Below are positions 15,227 through 29,992 of a DNA stretch of 64,000 nucleotides, piece by piece. The DNA is from Eledone cirrhosa (Eukaryota). The stretch lies in contig OZ024746.1 of the NCBI GenBank assembly GCA_964016885.1, positions 86,614,001 to 86,678,000 on the forward strand, in the 5' to 3' direction. The notes beneath the pieces were generated by a model. That model searched no databases and was not told where the DNA came from. It saw only the letters and a program-made list of their open reading frames with translations. Positions within the stretch are counted from its first letter, which is position 1, and each line of letters opens with the position of its first letter. Position numbers and translations under genes: made by a program.

Positions 15227-15453
15227 AATATCTGAACAACCGTCCTGTTGTGGAACCAACCAACCGGAAATTTATAAATTTATAAATTCTTAAATTTATA
15301 AATTTAACTTATAATAAATTGGAGTGAAAGCAACTGGTGCGTGTGTTTCTTATTGGCAACATGACCCTCCCAAAGCATAACAATATATATATATACTGTT
15401 GGAACACTATGATTGCCTCATGCGTCGCAAGACGCGGGAGCTTCTGAGTCTGA

Positions 15454-15557
<104 letters not shown>

Positions 15558-15629
15558 TAAATGTATATATATATATATAAAATAAAGTTAAATAAAAAGT
15601 CAAATGATTAAAATTTAGCTTCGTTTATT

Positions 15630-15684
15630 ACTGCTATATATATTTCAGTGACAGCCATCTTTGGCTGTGACCTCTTCAGGCAGT
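15630..15684 (-). ncRNA. Type I hammerhead ribozyme motif in a separate pLTR-like insert (~15580-15895)
   Basis: ACTGC-CTGAAGA-GGTCACAGCCA-AAGA-TGGCTGTCACT-GAA-ATATATAT-A-GCAGT, then AATAAA. Confidence 0.8.
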
Positions 15685-15891
15685 TTGAATTAGTATGGTA
15701 TAGACAAGTACATATGTTGTTGAGGTGTATAATATTGTCAATACCCTGATATGCCCAGTTCCTGGTTGGGTTGTTATTTCACTGAGGAACTGGAATCAGT
15801 AACCAAAAAGTAACCAAACCAACCTGCGCACTTCGTCGAGTGCTCCAGCCTGCATACTGAGGTGTTGGTATACAACCAACATAAACTCAAA

Positions 15892-15983
<92 letters not shown>

Positions 15984-16024
15984 CGTTTCTGAATTTGGCA
16001 ACATGACCCTCCCAAAGTATAACA

Positions 16025-16059
<35 letters not shown>

Positions 16060-16665
16060 TAGTAAAAGAATGACGAATAACATGGTCGGTTGTTCAAAAA
16101 GAGTTTATTTACAGTATTAACAATTGTTTCATTAATCAGGTGAGTCTAAAAGCCGCTGATCACTAGAAATTACGTCACACGACCTTAATTACAGTGTTTG
16201 CCTGAACAAATCATCGGAATACTGAAGTATTTATAACACAGGGCACTGGTATTTATAGATATATTGTTGTTTTTATTGTTTTCATTTATCTTATTCTCCA
16301 ATGCATCTATAAATACCAGTGTCCTGTGTTAGACACACTTCAGTATTCCGATGATTTGATCAGGCAAAGACTGTAATTAAGGTCGAGTGACGTAATTTCT
16401 AGCGATCAGCATCTTTTAGACTCAGCTGATTAATGAAACAATTGTTAATACTGTAAATAAACCCTTTTTGTACAGCCGACCATGTTATTCGTCATTCTTT
16501 TACTATTATTACTCCAAGAACCACCTGCATGGGAATTCTCTTAAACTGGCCACCTAACTAAGTAAACCTCTTGTTGAATCATACAACGCCGAGCGTTAAA
16601 ATTATCCTCAACACAGAATACTCACGACTTCTTGCTGGATTACCTTAAACGATACCTTGTTATCC
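16060..16665. mobile_element. Fold-back pLTR-like element (arms ~16060-16261/16305-16506, unpaired tail to ~16665) between (TA)n tracts
   Basis: ~200-bp inverted arms, about 90% identical by eye; each contains a hammerhead. Confidence 0.85.
16341..16453 (+). ncRNA. Hammerhead motif, U4C variant with long stem II (mirror copy 16112-16224 on -)
   Basis: CAGTATT-CCGATGA-T-TTGATCAG...CTGATTAA-T-GAA-ACAATTGT-T-AATACTG, then TAAATAAA; 7-bp stem I. Confidence 0.75.
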
Positions 16666-16691
<26 letters not shown>

Positions 16692-16696
<5 letters not shown>

Positions 16697-16855
16697 AAGA
16701 TGGTATAGTAAGATATCAGGTGGACCATAACGCACCAGACTACTCACAACTTAGGGTAGTAGAGTGGGTAGTAGGAAAAGTTCGGATCTAGCTGTTGAAA
16801 AGGCCGGAGTGCAGCCGTCGGGGTGATGACTCTTTCGCTACACACACAGACACAG

Positions 16856-16886
<31 letters not shown>

Positions 16887-17067
16887 CATATATATATATG
16901 CTGAAGCTGGTGCATTACTGTACCAACTCCTTCAATTCTTGCACTTAATTCGGCTTCCTGCCTTCCATCACTCCTGAAAATGGCCCCAAGATACTCGAAC
17001 TCACATGTAGAGTGTACTGCGCTACCTCGAGAAGATGAGTGTCTCAGTCTTCGCAGTACTATATATA

Positions 17068-17153
<86 letters not shown>

Positions 17154-17264
17154 AACCAGGTCTTACTGGTCTTACTGGTTCCTATTACCCACTCTACTAC
17201 CTCAAGTATTGAGTACTTTGGTGCGTTATGGTCCACCTGGTTCCTTACCACATTTCCTTCGTTA
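16692..17264. repeat. Two opposed diverged copies of a ~90-bp terminal repeat (16692-16777, 17178-17264); related to 53830-53885
   Basis: CAGGTGGACCATAACGCACCA..GTAGTAGAGTGGGTA and its reverse complement. Confidence 0.7.
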
Positions 17265-17328
17265 TATATATATATATATATATATATATCTATATATATA
17301 TCTATATATATATCTATATATATATATC

Positions 17329-17363
<35 letters not shown>

Positions 17364-17788
17364 TAATGCATTGGTGCAGGGCTGGAAAATCAGAATTTCT
17401 ACTCACACGAAATTGTAGGGAAAAGAAATCTGAGGGAAATTATGGGAGTCACCATCTGACTGGAAAGTATACCTAGGGTAACTTTAACAACTGTTTAATG
17501 TAGTGATCATTAACAAGTTTATTAGAACTAATTATGTATTGAAAATAGTCTTCAACAATTTAATGGCTATTAAAATTTTTGTAAAGAATTCGGTAAATAC
17601 GGGAGACAATATGGAACATGTTTCACCCTTATCTCCCATCCTTATTCTATAATTTAAACATAGATATGATTGTACTTGCCAAAGTAGCGTTGAGAGAATC
17701 GCTACTAATAATATATAATAATGTTCATGAGTCGGTGTGTAAATAAAATATATTAAAAATTTAAAGATCTCGGGAAGAAAAAGCATTT

Positions 17789-18666
17789 TTCTATAGAGGG
17801 TTACTACGTCACAAGGGCGACAATGTGCTCGGAGAGACTCTAGGCGTCGAAGACGACGAACTCAGCAGTCTGTTTGGTAGGACTTTCCGCCCGGGACCTA
17901 TGGACAACTTCCAGAGGTCCCTGACCAGGCAGTGCTACCGAGGAGCTCTACCAGTTCGTGACAAGATCTACAGACACGGACGCCCCGGCAGGGATCCTTC
18001 CAAGAGGACGTGTCTAAGATGGGGGCAGGACATTGAAACCGTCCTGCCGGCAATTGTACACTGCCCGGGCGTAACCGACATGTGGAACTACGCGGAACAA
18101 CTGCTGTCGTGTATGGGCCAAATCCAGTTGACTACCGAGTCCATAGTAAGGATCAAACCGCCAACTTCTTTCAAAAACGAAAGAGAGGCGGTTTTCCTCT
18201 GTATAGTGGCTATGGTAAAATAGGTTATATGGTGGACGAGATTCAGAGGACTGAGGATAGATGCCTTTCTCTCTGGACAACAACTAATTCCCTTCTTTAA
18301 ATACCACTTTAGAAGGAGAATCAGAGTGGAGAGAGAGGCACTGCACCCCAGTAAATTTACTGAAAGGTGGGTGAATGTGGCAAAAATGGCTCGAGTGATT
18401 GGGCCTTCTCTGTATATAAACCTGTAGGCTGAAGATGAGAGCAAAAGGAAGAAAGGAGCACTTGCACAACACGCTCTTGGAATTGAGGGTTTTTCTATTG
18501 ACGGGGTATTAAACAACCCATTTGTAACGCCTCCCCCCTATTGGGGATTTCGATTGTAAAATTTGCTTGTTTTAATAATATTTTTACACGATTGTATGTA
18601 AAATCTCCGGCATGTGTCTTTGTATTGTCCCCTTTACTTGTGCGGCCTTGTGGCAAATAAAGAAAT
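17789..18666 (+). mobile_element. 5'-truncated L1/Tx1 LINE (ORF2 C-terminus + 3' UTR), decayed
   Basis: FYRGL..DNVLGETLGV..MDNFQRSL.RQCYRGALPVRDK.YRHG matches the full-length ORF2; ends GGCCTTGTGGCAAATAAAGAAAT followed by (CTAT)n. Confidence 0.9.
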
Positions 18667-18687
18667 CTATCTATCTACATATACCTT

Positions 18688-18750
<63 letters not shown>

Positions 18751-19825
18751 GTCTGTCCGTCTCTCTCTGTCCTATTTTCCATTTGACTGTATATTTAATT
18801 GCACGATATCACATATAAACAGAAAATAAATTGAAACAATAAGCAACAGAATGCATAAAAAAATCCTTAACATTTTACACTTTTCTTACAATTTCTCCTT
18901 AAACTCCATCAAACACAATAACCAGTTCGACAGCACAACGAAATACATTAATAATACGATGGGTTTTCAGTGACAAAATAACGAAATATACGTGACAGTT
19001 TTAATGTTTTAACAATACATGCTTTAAAAATAACTATTTTTCTTAAGTAAATACAACGAAATATTTTGATAAAGAGAGATTTCTGCTTATATACACATAT
19101 ACAAACAGTCAATCACAGACTCTCTCGCACACAGACTCTCTCGCACACACACACACTTACACACACACACACACACACACAAACACCCACGCACACATAC
19201 ATGCACATACAGACACGCAAATGTACACGCATATATATATATATATATATATACATATACATACACACACACGCACACACGCATATATATATATAGATAT
19301 ATAAATAAATATTCACAACACACATATATATATGTGTGTGTATAAACATAGATAGAAAATTACGTTTATATGTATGTCTGTATTTATATATGTGAGATTA
19401 AATGTTTGCGTAGGTCTGTATATAGTTGATGTGTAATACAATTTATCTAGTGCAAAAGTGCTTGTAACCCATTTGCTACCAGCTTGCTGTCTTTGGTTAA
19501 CTTGTTTGGTGAATCGGTACACATTGTAAAGCGTGAGGTTACCCTGCCAGTACATAATCACTAGGCTACCTAGCGGCCACACTGAAATTGGGTTTTTGGT
19601 GGATCCAGGCTAATTTAGCAGGGGATTTTAAAGAAATAGTTAGGTTTCACTAAATTGGACCGAGGAAATAATGTTTCCTATGGTCTTTACAATTGCTAAT
19701 ATTGGTCGCAACTCCAGGTAGACGGAGCAACATATCTTGCTCAAGTACATATCGTATCGCCCGGTCCACAACCTCACCATTGCGAATCCAATTCTATAAC
19801 CACTAAGCCACACGTCTTCACATAT

Positions 19826-20045
19826 ATAATGGTTTGTTATATAGGCACAAGGCCATCAATTTTGAGGGAGGGGAAAGTCGATTAAATCGACCCAGTTCAT
19901 TACTGGTGCTTTATTTTATCGACCCCGTAAGGATGAAAGGCAAAGCTAACCATAGCGGGATTTGAACTCAGAGCGTAAAGGGCCGTAACTCTATACCAAA
20001 AAGCATATTGTCTGACGCTCTACCGACTCTGCCTATCCACCGCTC
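19826..20045 (-). mobile_element. tRNA-derived SINE (family S, long-tail subtype)
   Basis: Core plus the GTCGATTTAATCGACTTTCCC segment. Confidence 0.85.
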
Positions 20046-20311
20046 TGCCTTCACATATATAAGAATAACTCTATGATGCCATTGCCGAAACCATCGAATT
20101 CAAGATGTAAAAATATTATCAATAGTTCAACGAGGATTCCAGTAGAATCGACAATGTCTTCAATCATATGCAGAAGACTCAATGAGAAAATCTGGATAAT
20201 CAGTCATAATATATTCTAAAGAGAGCAATAGCAAGATCTGCTGGTGAGTACATTTAAGAATTAAACTATATACACCCTGATCGCTAATCATCGCTTTCTT
20301 TGAATATCTAA

Positions 20312-20533
20312 CCCTTTAGTATTTAAACCAGCCGTATGCGGCCAGAATTCTCTCACCTCTTTCTGTTCCAACTGGCTGTAACTGGCAACTTATAGTGATG
20401 TTAAGGTGTTCTTCTCAAAATAAATGATATGAAAATCTTATAGATTCGATATTATGCGAGATATTATGTCAGATAAAGCCTTTACCATGAAAATACAATA
20501 GAAAATATATAGAGTAATGTAAATGCTAAAGGG
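20312..20533. mobile_element. piggyBac-type MITE, decayed
   Basis: TIR CCCTTTAGTATTTA/TAAATGCTAAAGGG; flanks CTAA and TTCA, each one change from TTAA. Confidence 0.6.
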
Positions 20534-20793
20534 TTCAGCGTGACGCTAGTAGAGTAAACAAGACTGGGTTGATTTACTAATCGCTGAGAAATTTGTAATT
20601 ATCTGCATTTTTTGTCTCTTTGGCGTAATGGTCAAAATCTCTCACCCTAAACGCAAGAAATGCGTCGTTCGATTCTCCACGGTCGTCATTTTTTCTAGTT
20701 TCCATAGTTGATAATTACTACCCATAGTTATCAACTTATTTATTTTAGAAATAGCTATGTTTTCAAATGTCTTCGTAAGTAAACCAAGTCATG

Positions 20794-20887
<94 letters not shown>

Positions 20888-20912
20888 TGTAATAAACAGC
20901 ATAAGATAATTA

Positions 20913-20971
20913 TTTCATTTACCAGTGGTTTTTGAAAGCAAAAAAATCTGCTTTCAGTCATCAGAATGAAA
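20913..20971 (-). ncRNA. Hammerhead motif with G12A substitution, probably inactive
   Basis: TTTCATT-CTGATGA-C-TGAAAGCA-GATTTTT-TGCTTTCA-AAA-ACCACTGGT-A-AATGAAA; enclosed by inverted repeat 20765-20797/21157-21189. Confidence 0.6.
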
Positions 20972-21083
20972 AAATCCTGGTGCTTTTATTGAATGTGGAT
21001 TTCAAAACAAAAATATAAGGAATATGAAAGAGAGGCTGAAGGAAGAAGAGAAAAAGATAATAAATATATAATACATATATATA

Positions 21084-21160
<77 letters not shown>

Positions 21161-22205
21161 CATGACTTGGTTTACTTACGAAGACATTTTTTGAATATAT
21201 GTTTGTTATTTTTATAAGAATACGGTTTTTTTCTGTTATTATATAAGCGTTTTTTTAAAAACCATAAATCTGTCCTCAAATACCGTCCGCACCCTGTATT
21301 ATACACAATGCTTCAAAAGAACTACAATATTTTATTGTATATGTATATGTTATTATTGGACCCCCATCTTTTCCGACGACGAGTGCTCCAGTTCTCTCAA
21401 TCATAGGAATTATCTGCTCGTGAAAAGTAGCTGACAATTTCATAGACACGTGTTCCCTTAACGTGATACAGAATGTGACAAAATTGGTTCTGTGAATTAC
21501 ATGTACAACTCATTTTTGTCAGCTGAGTAGACTGGAACAACGTGAAACAAACCCATCACAGAACAAAAACAAGTGTGTATATGTGTGTGTATATATGTGT
21601 TTGTGAGTGTGTGTGTGTGTGTGTGAGAGAGGGAGAGAGGGAGAGAGAGGGGGGAGAGCGAGGGGATTAATTGTGCACAAATCTACATATTAATGCTTAA
21701 TAAGCACATATGTAACTTCGCTATATAAATAGAGAAAGTAACTAAACCACAGAACATTTTCTGTTAAATGGACTGAAAGCGAAAAATATCGACAGAGTCT
21801 TAGTGACTATTACTTATGAAAATTACGATGGACATGTATACTGTGTGTGTTAATTAATGCGTATTAGTAAACGAAAGTATCGAGATAGTGTGTTTGTGGG
21901 TAAACTTTAAATAAATTTACATGCTTACATTTAATACACGTAAAATTAACTTCTCTGTCATACAGACCTCGTCTGAACACGTACTTGTATCACTTTAGTT
22001 AATTCATATGCATCCCGAATGTATCAATATGCAAATGAACCACAGGATGTAGATCGTATGATCTGGGGAGCTGTCAATGACCAGCGAAATTATTTAAATT
22101 TTCAGTCAATTCGATTTGCAGAGACAAAGTAAAGGTTTACTATTTATCTTAAGCTTAATGGCGTATGCACAATATTATATTTAAAACCTTCTTAATTTCT
22201 CCTTA

Positions 22206-22242
<37 letters not shown>

Positions 22243-22554
22243 GTATCGGTAAAGCGTCAGAAACCATGCCTTGCAGCATAGAGTTATGGCCCTTTACGTC
22301 ATGAGTTCAAAACGCCGAGGTTAACTTTGCCTTTCATCTTTTCGAATTCAGCTTAATCGGTATCTCCTCATTAAACACGTGCTAACTAATTTTTCTCCTT
22401 CTTTCCTTGTAATCATAGGATAATTTCAGTATTATCTGACCCTAAAACTCACCCATACCATCAAGAATCTCCCCGGAAGTATTCCATTAGAATATGAAAG
22501 CCTGACTGAATAGGCGTAATAACCGAACAAAACATAAATAATTGTATACCTTAT

Positions 22555-22790
22555 ATATATATATATAGTAATAATAATAAATTTGAAGACTAAAATCCAA
22601 AGAGGGTTCGATAAGGATAAATATATATCAAATATATGAGAACCGTAGAGCAAATATTTATTAAAATAACAGATTAAAGTTTAAGCAAAGATATTTGCTC
22701 TACGGTTCTCATATATTTGATATATATTTATCCTTATCGAGCCCTCTTTGGATTTTAGTCTTCAAATTTATTATTATTACTATATATATA
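22555..22790. repeat. Near-perfect fold-back (~100-bp arms) between (TA)n tracts
   Basis: AGTAATAATAATAAATTTGAAGACTAAAATCC...GAGCAAATAT mirrored; spacer is the reverse complement of 12936-12970. Confidence 0.85.
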
Positions 22791-23003
22791 CATATATATA
22801 TATATATAAATATTTTAACTCTTTTATGTTCATTTCACCTAATGACGTAACTGATTGTCTTGCCTCATTGTGTGATGGCGTAAGCCGGCCAGAGAAATAT
22901 GTACTGTGTAATTGTGAAAAATTAAATAAATATATTGGAATCCGCCTCCTGTTTTCATTTACGTTTTTAACTCCATTGCTGCACCAACCACGAGATATCA
23001 AAG

Positions 23004-23307
23004 CTTTGATGGATGATATGCCTACGTCTAGTACTTTGATGGATGATATGCCTACGTCTAGTACTTTGATGGATGATATGCCTACGTCTAGTACTTTGAT
23101 GGATGATATACCTACATCTAGTACTTTGATGGATGATATACCTACGTCTAGTACTTTGATGGATGATATGCCTACGTCTAGTACTTTGATGGATGATATA
23201 CCTACGTCTAGTACTTTGATGGATGATATGCCTACATCTAGTACTTTGATGGATGATATACCTACGTCTAGTACTTTGATGGATGATATGCCTACGTCTA
23301 GTACTTT
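23004..23307 (+). repeat. 30-bp tandem repeat, 10 copies (CTTTGATGGATGATATRCCTACRTCTAGTA)
   Basis: Exact 30-bp period; only two variable G/A positions. Confidence 0.95.
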
Positions 23308-23626
23308 TGCTTAGTGCATCACGGTCTGCTAATCGGAATCACAAGTTCTACCAATCAGTTAGACTATCCAATATCGATAGTCAATTGACAGGATCCTAGG
23401 CCTTATTCGCTTAACGAGTGGGGTGGAGCTGGTCCAATCGGACCAAGGAAACAAGGTTTCCATTGGTCTTTCGAATTGCTAACACTATCTGTCTGTTACA
23501 ACTCCAGGCAGAAGGAGCAATGTGAAATAAAATGTCTTGCTGAAGGACATAAGACATTGGTCGGTCTGGCAAGCGAACTCGTAACCTCAATTCCCATCAA
23601 ATATAAACTGAATATATATAAATATA

Positions 23627-23672
<46 letters not shown>

Positions 23673-23700
23673 TATATACATACACACACTCAAACAAAAG

Positions 23701-23835
<135 letters not shown>

Positions 23836-24151
23836 CAAGTTGCATGTTTACTGTTTCTCTTTTAGTGAATAAGTGAAATATATACAATAAGAGTATAAAG
23901 AACGACGCAACAACAACAACAACAACAACAAAGCTATATATAATAATGAAATAACTCATGTAACTATGAGATGAAAATATATAGGGAAACATTAACCAAA
24001 AATAAACAACACCATATAATCAGGGAAAATAAAAATAAATCTATACAACGTACATACAATCGTGTCAAAACGGGCAGCGTAAATATAGAGGTAATATTTC
24101 CTGCTGAACTCTTTTGTGATAAGTAGATTTTTTGGAAACAGTGAATTATTA

Positions 24152-24182
<31 letters not shown>

Positions 24183-24203
24183 TACTATATAAATAAATGT
24201 ATG

Positions 24204-24249
<46 letters not shown>

Positions 24250-24276
24250 CATATATACACACACACACACACACAT

Positions 24277-24356
<80 letters not shown>

Positions 24357-24507
24357 ACATATATATATATATGTATGTATGTATAGTTTACGCATTCACA
24401 CGCATGCAAATACATATAAATGTATTTTTCGGATACATTGAATTATGAAAATAAATGTGTGTGCGTGTATGTTCATATATGTGTGTGTATACATACGTAC
24501 ATACCCC

Positions 24508-24551
<44 letters not shown>

Positions 24552-24658
24552 CACCAATATAAACATTTCAAGACGCAGTCATATATTCACTCATAGATAT
24601 ACATATATAATTATGCATACACACGCATGCATATGTATACATACATAGCCCCCCCCCA

Positions 24659-24774
<116 letters not shown>

Positions 24775-25193
24775 CACAGGTACAAGTTGCACGCTTTTAT
24801 ATTCATGGCATAATGATTATTTGGGTACTATAGCAATATAAAAATACTGACGCACATACAAGCACAACTACATAAAACATAGAGATACATTCACGCATAT
24901 AGACACATATATATATGTACACACACACACACACATATATATACATATATATACATTTATATTTATATATACAGACACACACGCACACACACACACACAC
25001 ACACACGCATATATATATATATGCACACTCATACACACATATATACACATATATGTTTGTATGTGTGCACTTAATACCAACAAGTATACGAATAGTTTAG
25101 AAAATATATATTAATTTCTAAATAAATCTTTCACTTTCTCTGGCATATATTATTGACAAAAGAAATGAGGGTCGACTGTGGAAGCTTCTACAC

Positions 25194-26074
25194 CAGTGAT
25201 TCCCAACAATGGGCACACACCCCATAGGGGCCGATTTGAATATTTAAGGGGGCCATTTGAAAATAATTGTTTCTACTTTTGGCACAAGGCCAGCAATTAA
25301 CCAGTACATTACTGGTACTTCATTTTATCGACCCCGTAAGGATGAAAGGCAAAGTTAACCTCGGCGGGATTTGAACTCAGATCATAAAGGGCCGTAACTC
25401 TATGCTGCAAAGCATGGCATCCGACTATCTATCGTACTGCCAATCAACCGCCATTTGAAAATTATGTTAATGAGAACAAACTTAAGGTTTTACTTTATTA
25501 CATTTACATCAAGGCAACTCTGGTACACATTACTGTCAGAAACTCCTTCTCACCTCCTTTTCCACATGTTATTGTGTATCTGGCACCACCTATATGGTAC
25601 ACATTACTGTCAGAAACTCCTTCTCACCTCCTCCATACGTTATTGTGTATCTGGCACCACCTATATGGTACACATTACTGTCAGAAACTCCTTCTCACCT
25701 CCTTTTCCACATGTAATTATATATCTGGCACCACCTATATGGTACACATTACTGTCAGAAACCCCTGTCTCACCTCCTCCACATGTTATTGTGTATCTGT
25801 CACCATCTTTATGGTACACCTTGCTGTCAGAAACCCCTGTCTCACCTCCTCCACATGTAATTATGTATCTGGCACCACTTAAATGGTACACCTTGCTGTC
25901 AGAAACTCCTGTCTCACCTCCTCCATATGTTATTGTGTATCTGGTACCACCTATACACCAATTTGTTTACACATTGCAGTTGATCATTGCTGGTTTCATA
26001 TCAAAGAAGAGTGTGCATAACAATATTTTAGATGTTGAGGTGGGGCATGGTGCACAAAAGATTGTGAACCATTG
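25194..26074. mobile_element. hAT (Charlie-like) non-autonomous element carrying a SINE (25262-25452, -) and a minisatellite
   Basis: Termini CAGTGATTCCCAA/TTGTGAACCATTG; 8-bp flanks TTCTACAC and CTCTAGAT resemble the NTCTAGAN target; SINE TSD GCCATTTGAAAAT. Confidence 0.6.
25520..25955 (+). repeat. 70-75-bp minisatellite, 6 copies
   Basis: TGGTACACATTACTGTCAGAAACTCCTTCTCACCTCC..ATGTTATTGTGTATCTGGCACCACC recurs at ~25521, 25596, 25666, 25740, 25812, 25884. Confidence 0.92.
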
Positions 26075-26759
26075 CTCTAGATGGTAGCACGCTTTGCTAC
26101 AAATCGCATTTACATCTTCATATAAAGTTTTTAAAATCTTTAAAACAGTCAGGTTACATTAGGTATTCGAGGCTGAGGTATACTACGTCTAAATATATAT
26201 GTAGTTGGTAAACTTATCAATGACCTGAGCATAAACAACAATAACGTTAGAAACCTTTGCTGTTATTGTTTATTTAGCCCAGTGTCAACACTACTGATTG
26301 GATATACACAGGGACTACGAGAGGCGGGTCCTGTCGGTACTTTGTTCTGGGGCCTAAGAGATAAAAAAGCCCCACAGCAACAATGCAACATCCATTTTGA
26401 GAAAAATCTTTGCCTGCTTCGGGCCACAAAGGGGCTTTGTACCGCCTTGTAAAACTTCTCTTGGAGGTCCTGGATATACATATGAACAAAGATAGCCCAA
26501 CACTAACAGTTTTCGTTTCAGATTTTGCTTATCTCGAACTACATTATGCAATGCGAGTGATTCTTGGGTGTAATTTGAGGCAGATTTGGTGCCTTCTTTT
26601 TGCAGTTTGCCCAACCATGTAGACGCTATCACATTGAATTGTTTTTGTTTTTGCTCTTGTCGTTGTTAATGTTAATGTAAGTAGCGCGTCAGTGCCATAA
26701 TAATAAAGAAAACAAATTAATGTTAAAAAAAAAATTAAATTATAATCTAAACAGCTGAG

Positions 26760-26900
26760 TAGTGAAGATGTTTACTTTGCAATCATCAGGTCTGTGTTTG
26801 ATCCTACTGGACTCTTGGAACAATATCTCTACTGTTACCTCGGGTTGATCTAAGCCTGGTGGGGGAAATTGGATAGACGGAAACTGTGTGGAAGCCTGTC
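26760..26900 (+). mobile_element. Older degenerate SINE of a second family (another copy ~40115-40270, -)
   Basis: Tail TTGGATAGACGGAAACTG..GAAGCC; reverse complement CAGTTTCCGTCTATCAAA-like at 40125. Confidence 0.55.
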
Positions 26901-27614
26901 AGATAGACTGTACCTGAAATTCAAATGTTCACCCTTGTGACACATTGCGTTGTATTGATTCGACTTGGGCATTAACTTAATAGTACACGTGTTTGTGAAA
27001 TACCCTACCACTTATATATTAATACACGAACTGGATATTCAGTTGATAAAACACCTGAATGCCTATCGTCGAAACTGATGGAGCAACCAACATTTATGAT
27101 ATCCTGCTTGTCATGACTTTCGATTTTTACGTGCTTAATAACCTTAGCCAGCACGTGGGACCCATTTGCTCACCATACATAGAGATGGTGAGGGCGAGAG
27201 AGATGGAGGCGATGACAGTGGGAGTTCGGCTCTTCCACATTCGGACCATATCCTTGTGGTTGTGTTCATTATCTATAGAGTTTGTATCATGGTAAGAATA
27301 TAAAGACATAATCGAAATCTTTAACATTCAGAGACAAGTTCGAATGTTACTTTCAATGACCTACTGATATTTGATACCAGCCCAACAGATTCGCACGATA
27401 GGAAAATGAACGTTTTCCCGAATGTGTCATTTGGGAATATCTATCAATGCTATCAGATTATTTTGCTTCAGTACCTAGTATGTAAACGTCAGTGAAAATG
27501 GTTATAACCCCGAAATATTAGTATTTGGAATTCTTACACGTTACTGAGCTAGTGTGACATGATCACAACTTAAAATACACGCAGTGAGACTTATGTTATA
27601 CTTAAACAAACAAG

Positions 27615-28010
27615 GGCGGTGGATTGGCAGTATCGGTAGAGTGTCGGACGCCATGCATTGCAGCATAGAGTTACAGCCCTTTATGATCTTAGTTCAAATC
27701 CCGCCGAGGTTAACTTTGCTTTTCATCCTTACGGAGTCGATAAAATAAAGTACCAGTAATACACTGGGGTTAATTGCTGGCCTTGTGCCAAAAGTAGAAA
27801 CATTGTTATTATTATTATTGTTATTATTATTGAATTAGCGGTATCGGTAGAGTGTCGGACGCCATTCATTGCAGCCAAGAGTTACGGCCCTTTATGACCT
27901 TAGTTCAAACCCTGCCGAAGTTAACTTTGCTTTTCATCCTTACGGGGTCGATTTAATCGACTTTGCTCTCCTCCAAAAATGTCTGGCTTGTGCCTATATA
28001 AGAAACCATT
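27615..28010 (+). mobile_element. Two tandem family-S SINEs (27615-27810, 27832-28010)
   Basis: Consensus match; second copy follows the (ATT)n tail of the first. Confidence 0.9.
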
Positions 28011-28332
28011 ATACTTAAAGAAACATATTACATATGCTTTCATACACCACTCTTTTCTGAGTCACGCTGTGTCAGTGCTACTATTAATTACCTTTACGTC
28101 GATGCAAAAGCAAAGATAAATCTTAAAATAACAAAGCAATACTATCAGGGTCCATTATTTTATGCAACAAAATAGAAATTAAAGCAATTTATAAAACTTG
28201 AAATTTCCTAGGGTTGAGCTAATCATAATTAAATCTAATCAATAACGATGACATTAATTAGCTTAAATTATATTTGTTGTGGTTATTTTCAAAGATATTC
28301 TTTCTACATTTCTTGTTTTTATGCTTGCTTAT

Positions 28333-29620
<1,288 letters not shown>

Positions 29621-29950
29621 ATTTTATTGTTGTTTTCGTCAGTGTTTACTGTTAAGGCGACAGTACAGTTTTTTTTAAAATAATTTTATTTCATAATGAA
29701 GTTCGTGATTCATTCAGTCATAAAGTGATTTAATCCTTTATGAGAAATTCATGTCCCCATAAAATGACAGAAATATTTTTGTTATTTGGCTTTTACTTTG
29801 GTTTAAGAAAGTATTTTTGATTTTCATAGTGAAAAAAATTACTTCGGCAAAATATTTTTTTTAAAAATATAATTTTAAAACTTCATTTTTATAATTTATA
29901 TTTATAATTTATATTATTTAATTATTATTATTTTTAATTATATGATGATA

Positions 29951-29992
<42 letters not shown>

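Larger units (their letters stand above)
12996..15386 (-). mobile_element. 5'-truncated Penelope-like retroelement (Naiad/Neptune-like) with inverted pseudo-LTRs
   Basis: RT + GIY-YIG remnants; inverted repeats 13053-13561 and 14854-15386 (>90% identical by eye); (TA)n on both sides. Confidence 0.92.

Noticed and set aside
20615-20690. Functional tRNA gene
   Set aside because: Only A/B-box-like motifs; stems do not pair
22748-23314. 188-aa ORF with LMDDMPTSST repeats; also considered as CRISPR-like
   Set aside because: Frame stays open only because the unit is 30 nt; it begins in a palindrome arm; no unique spacers
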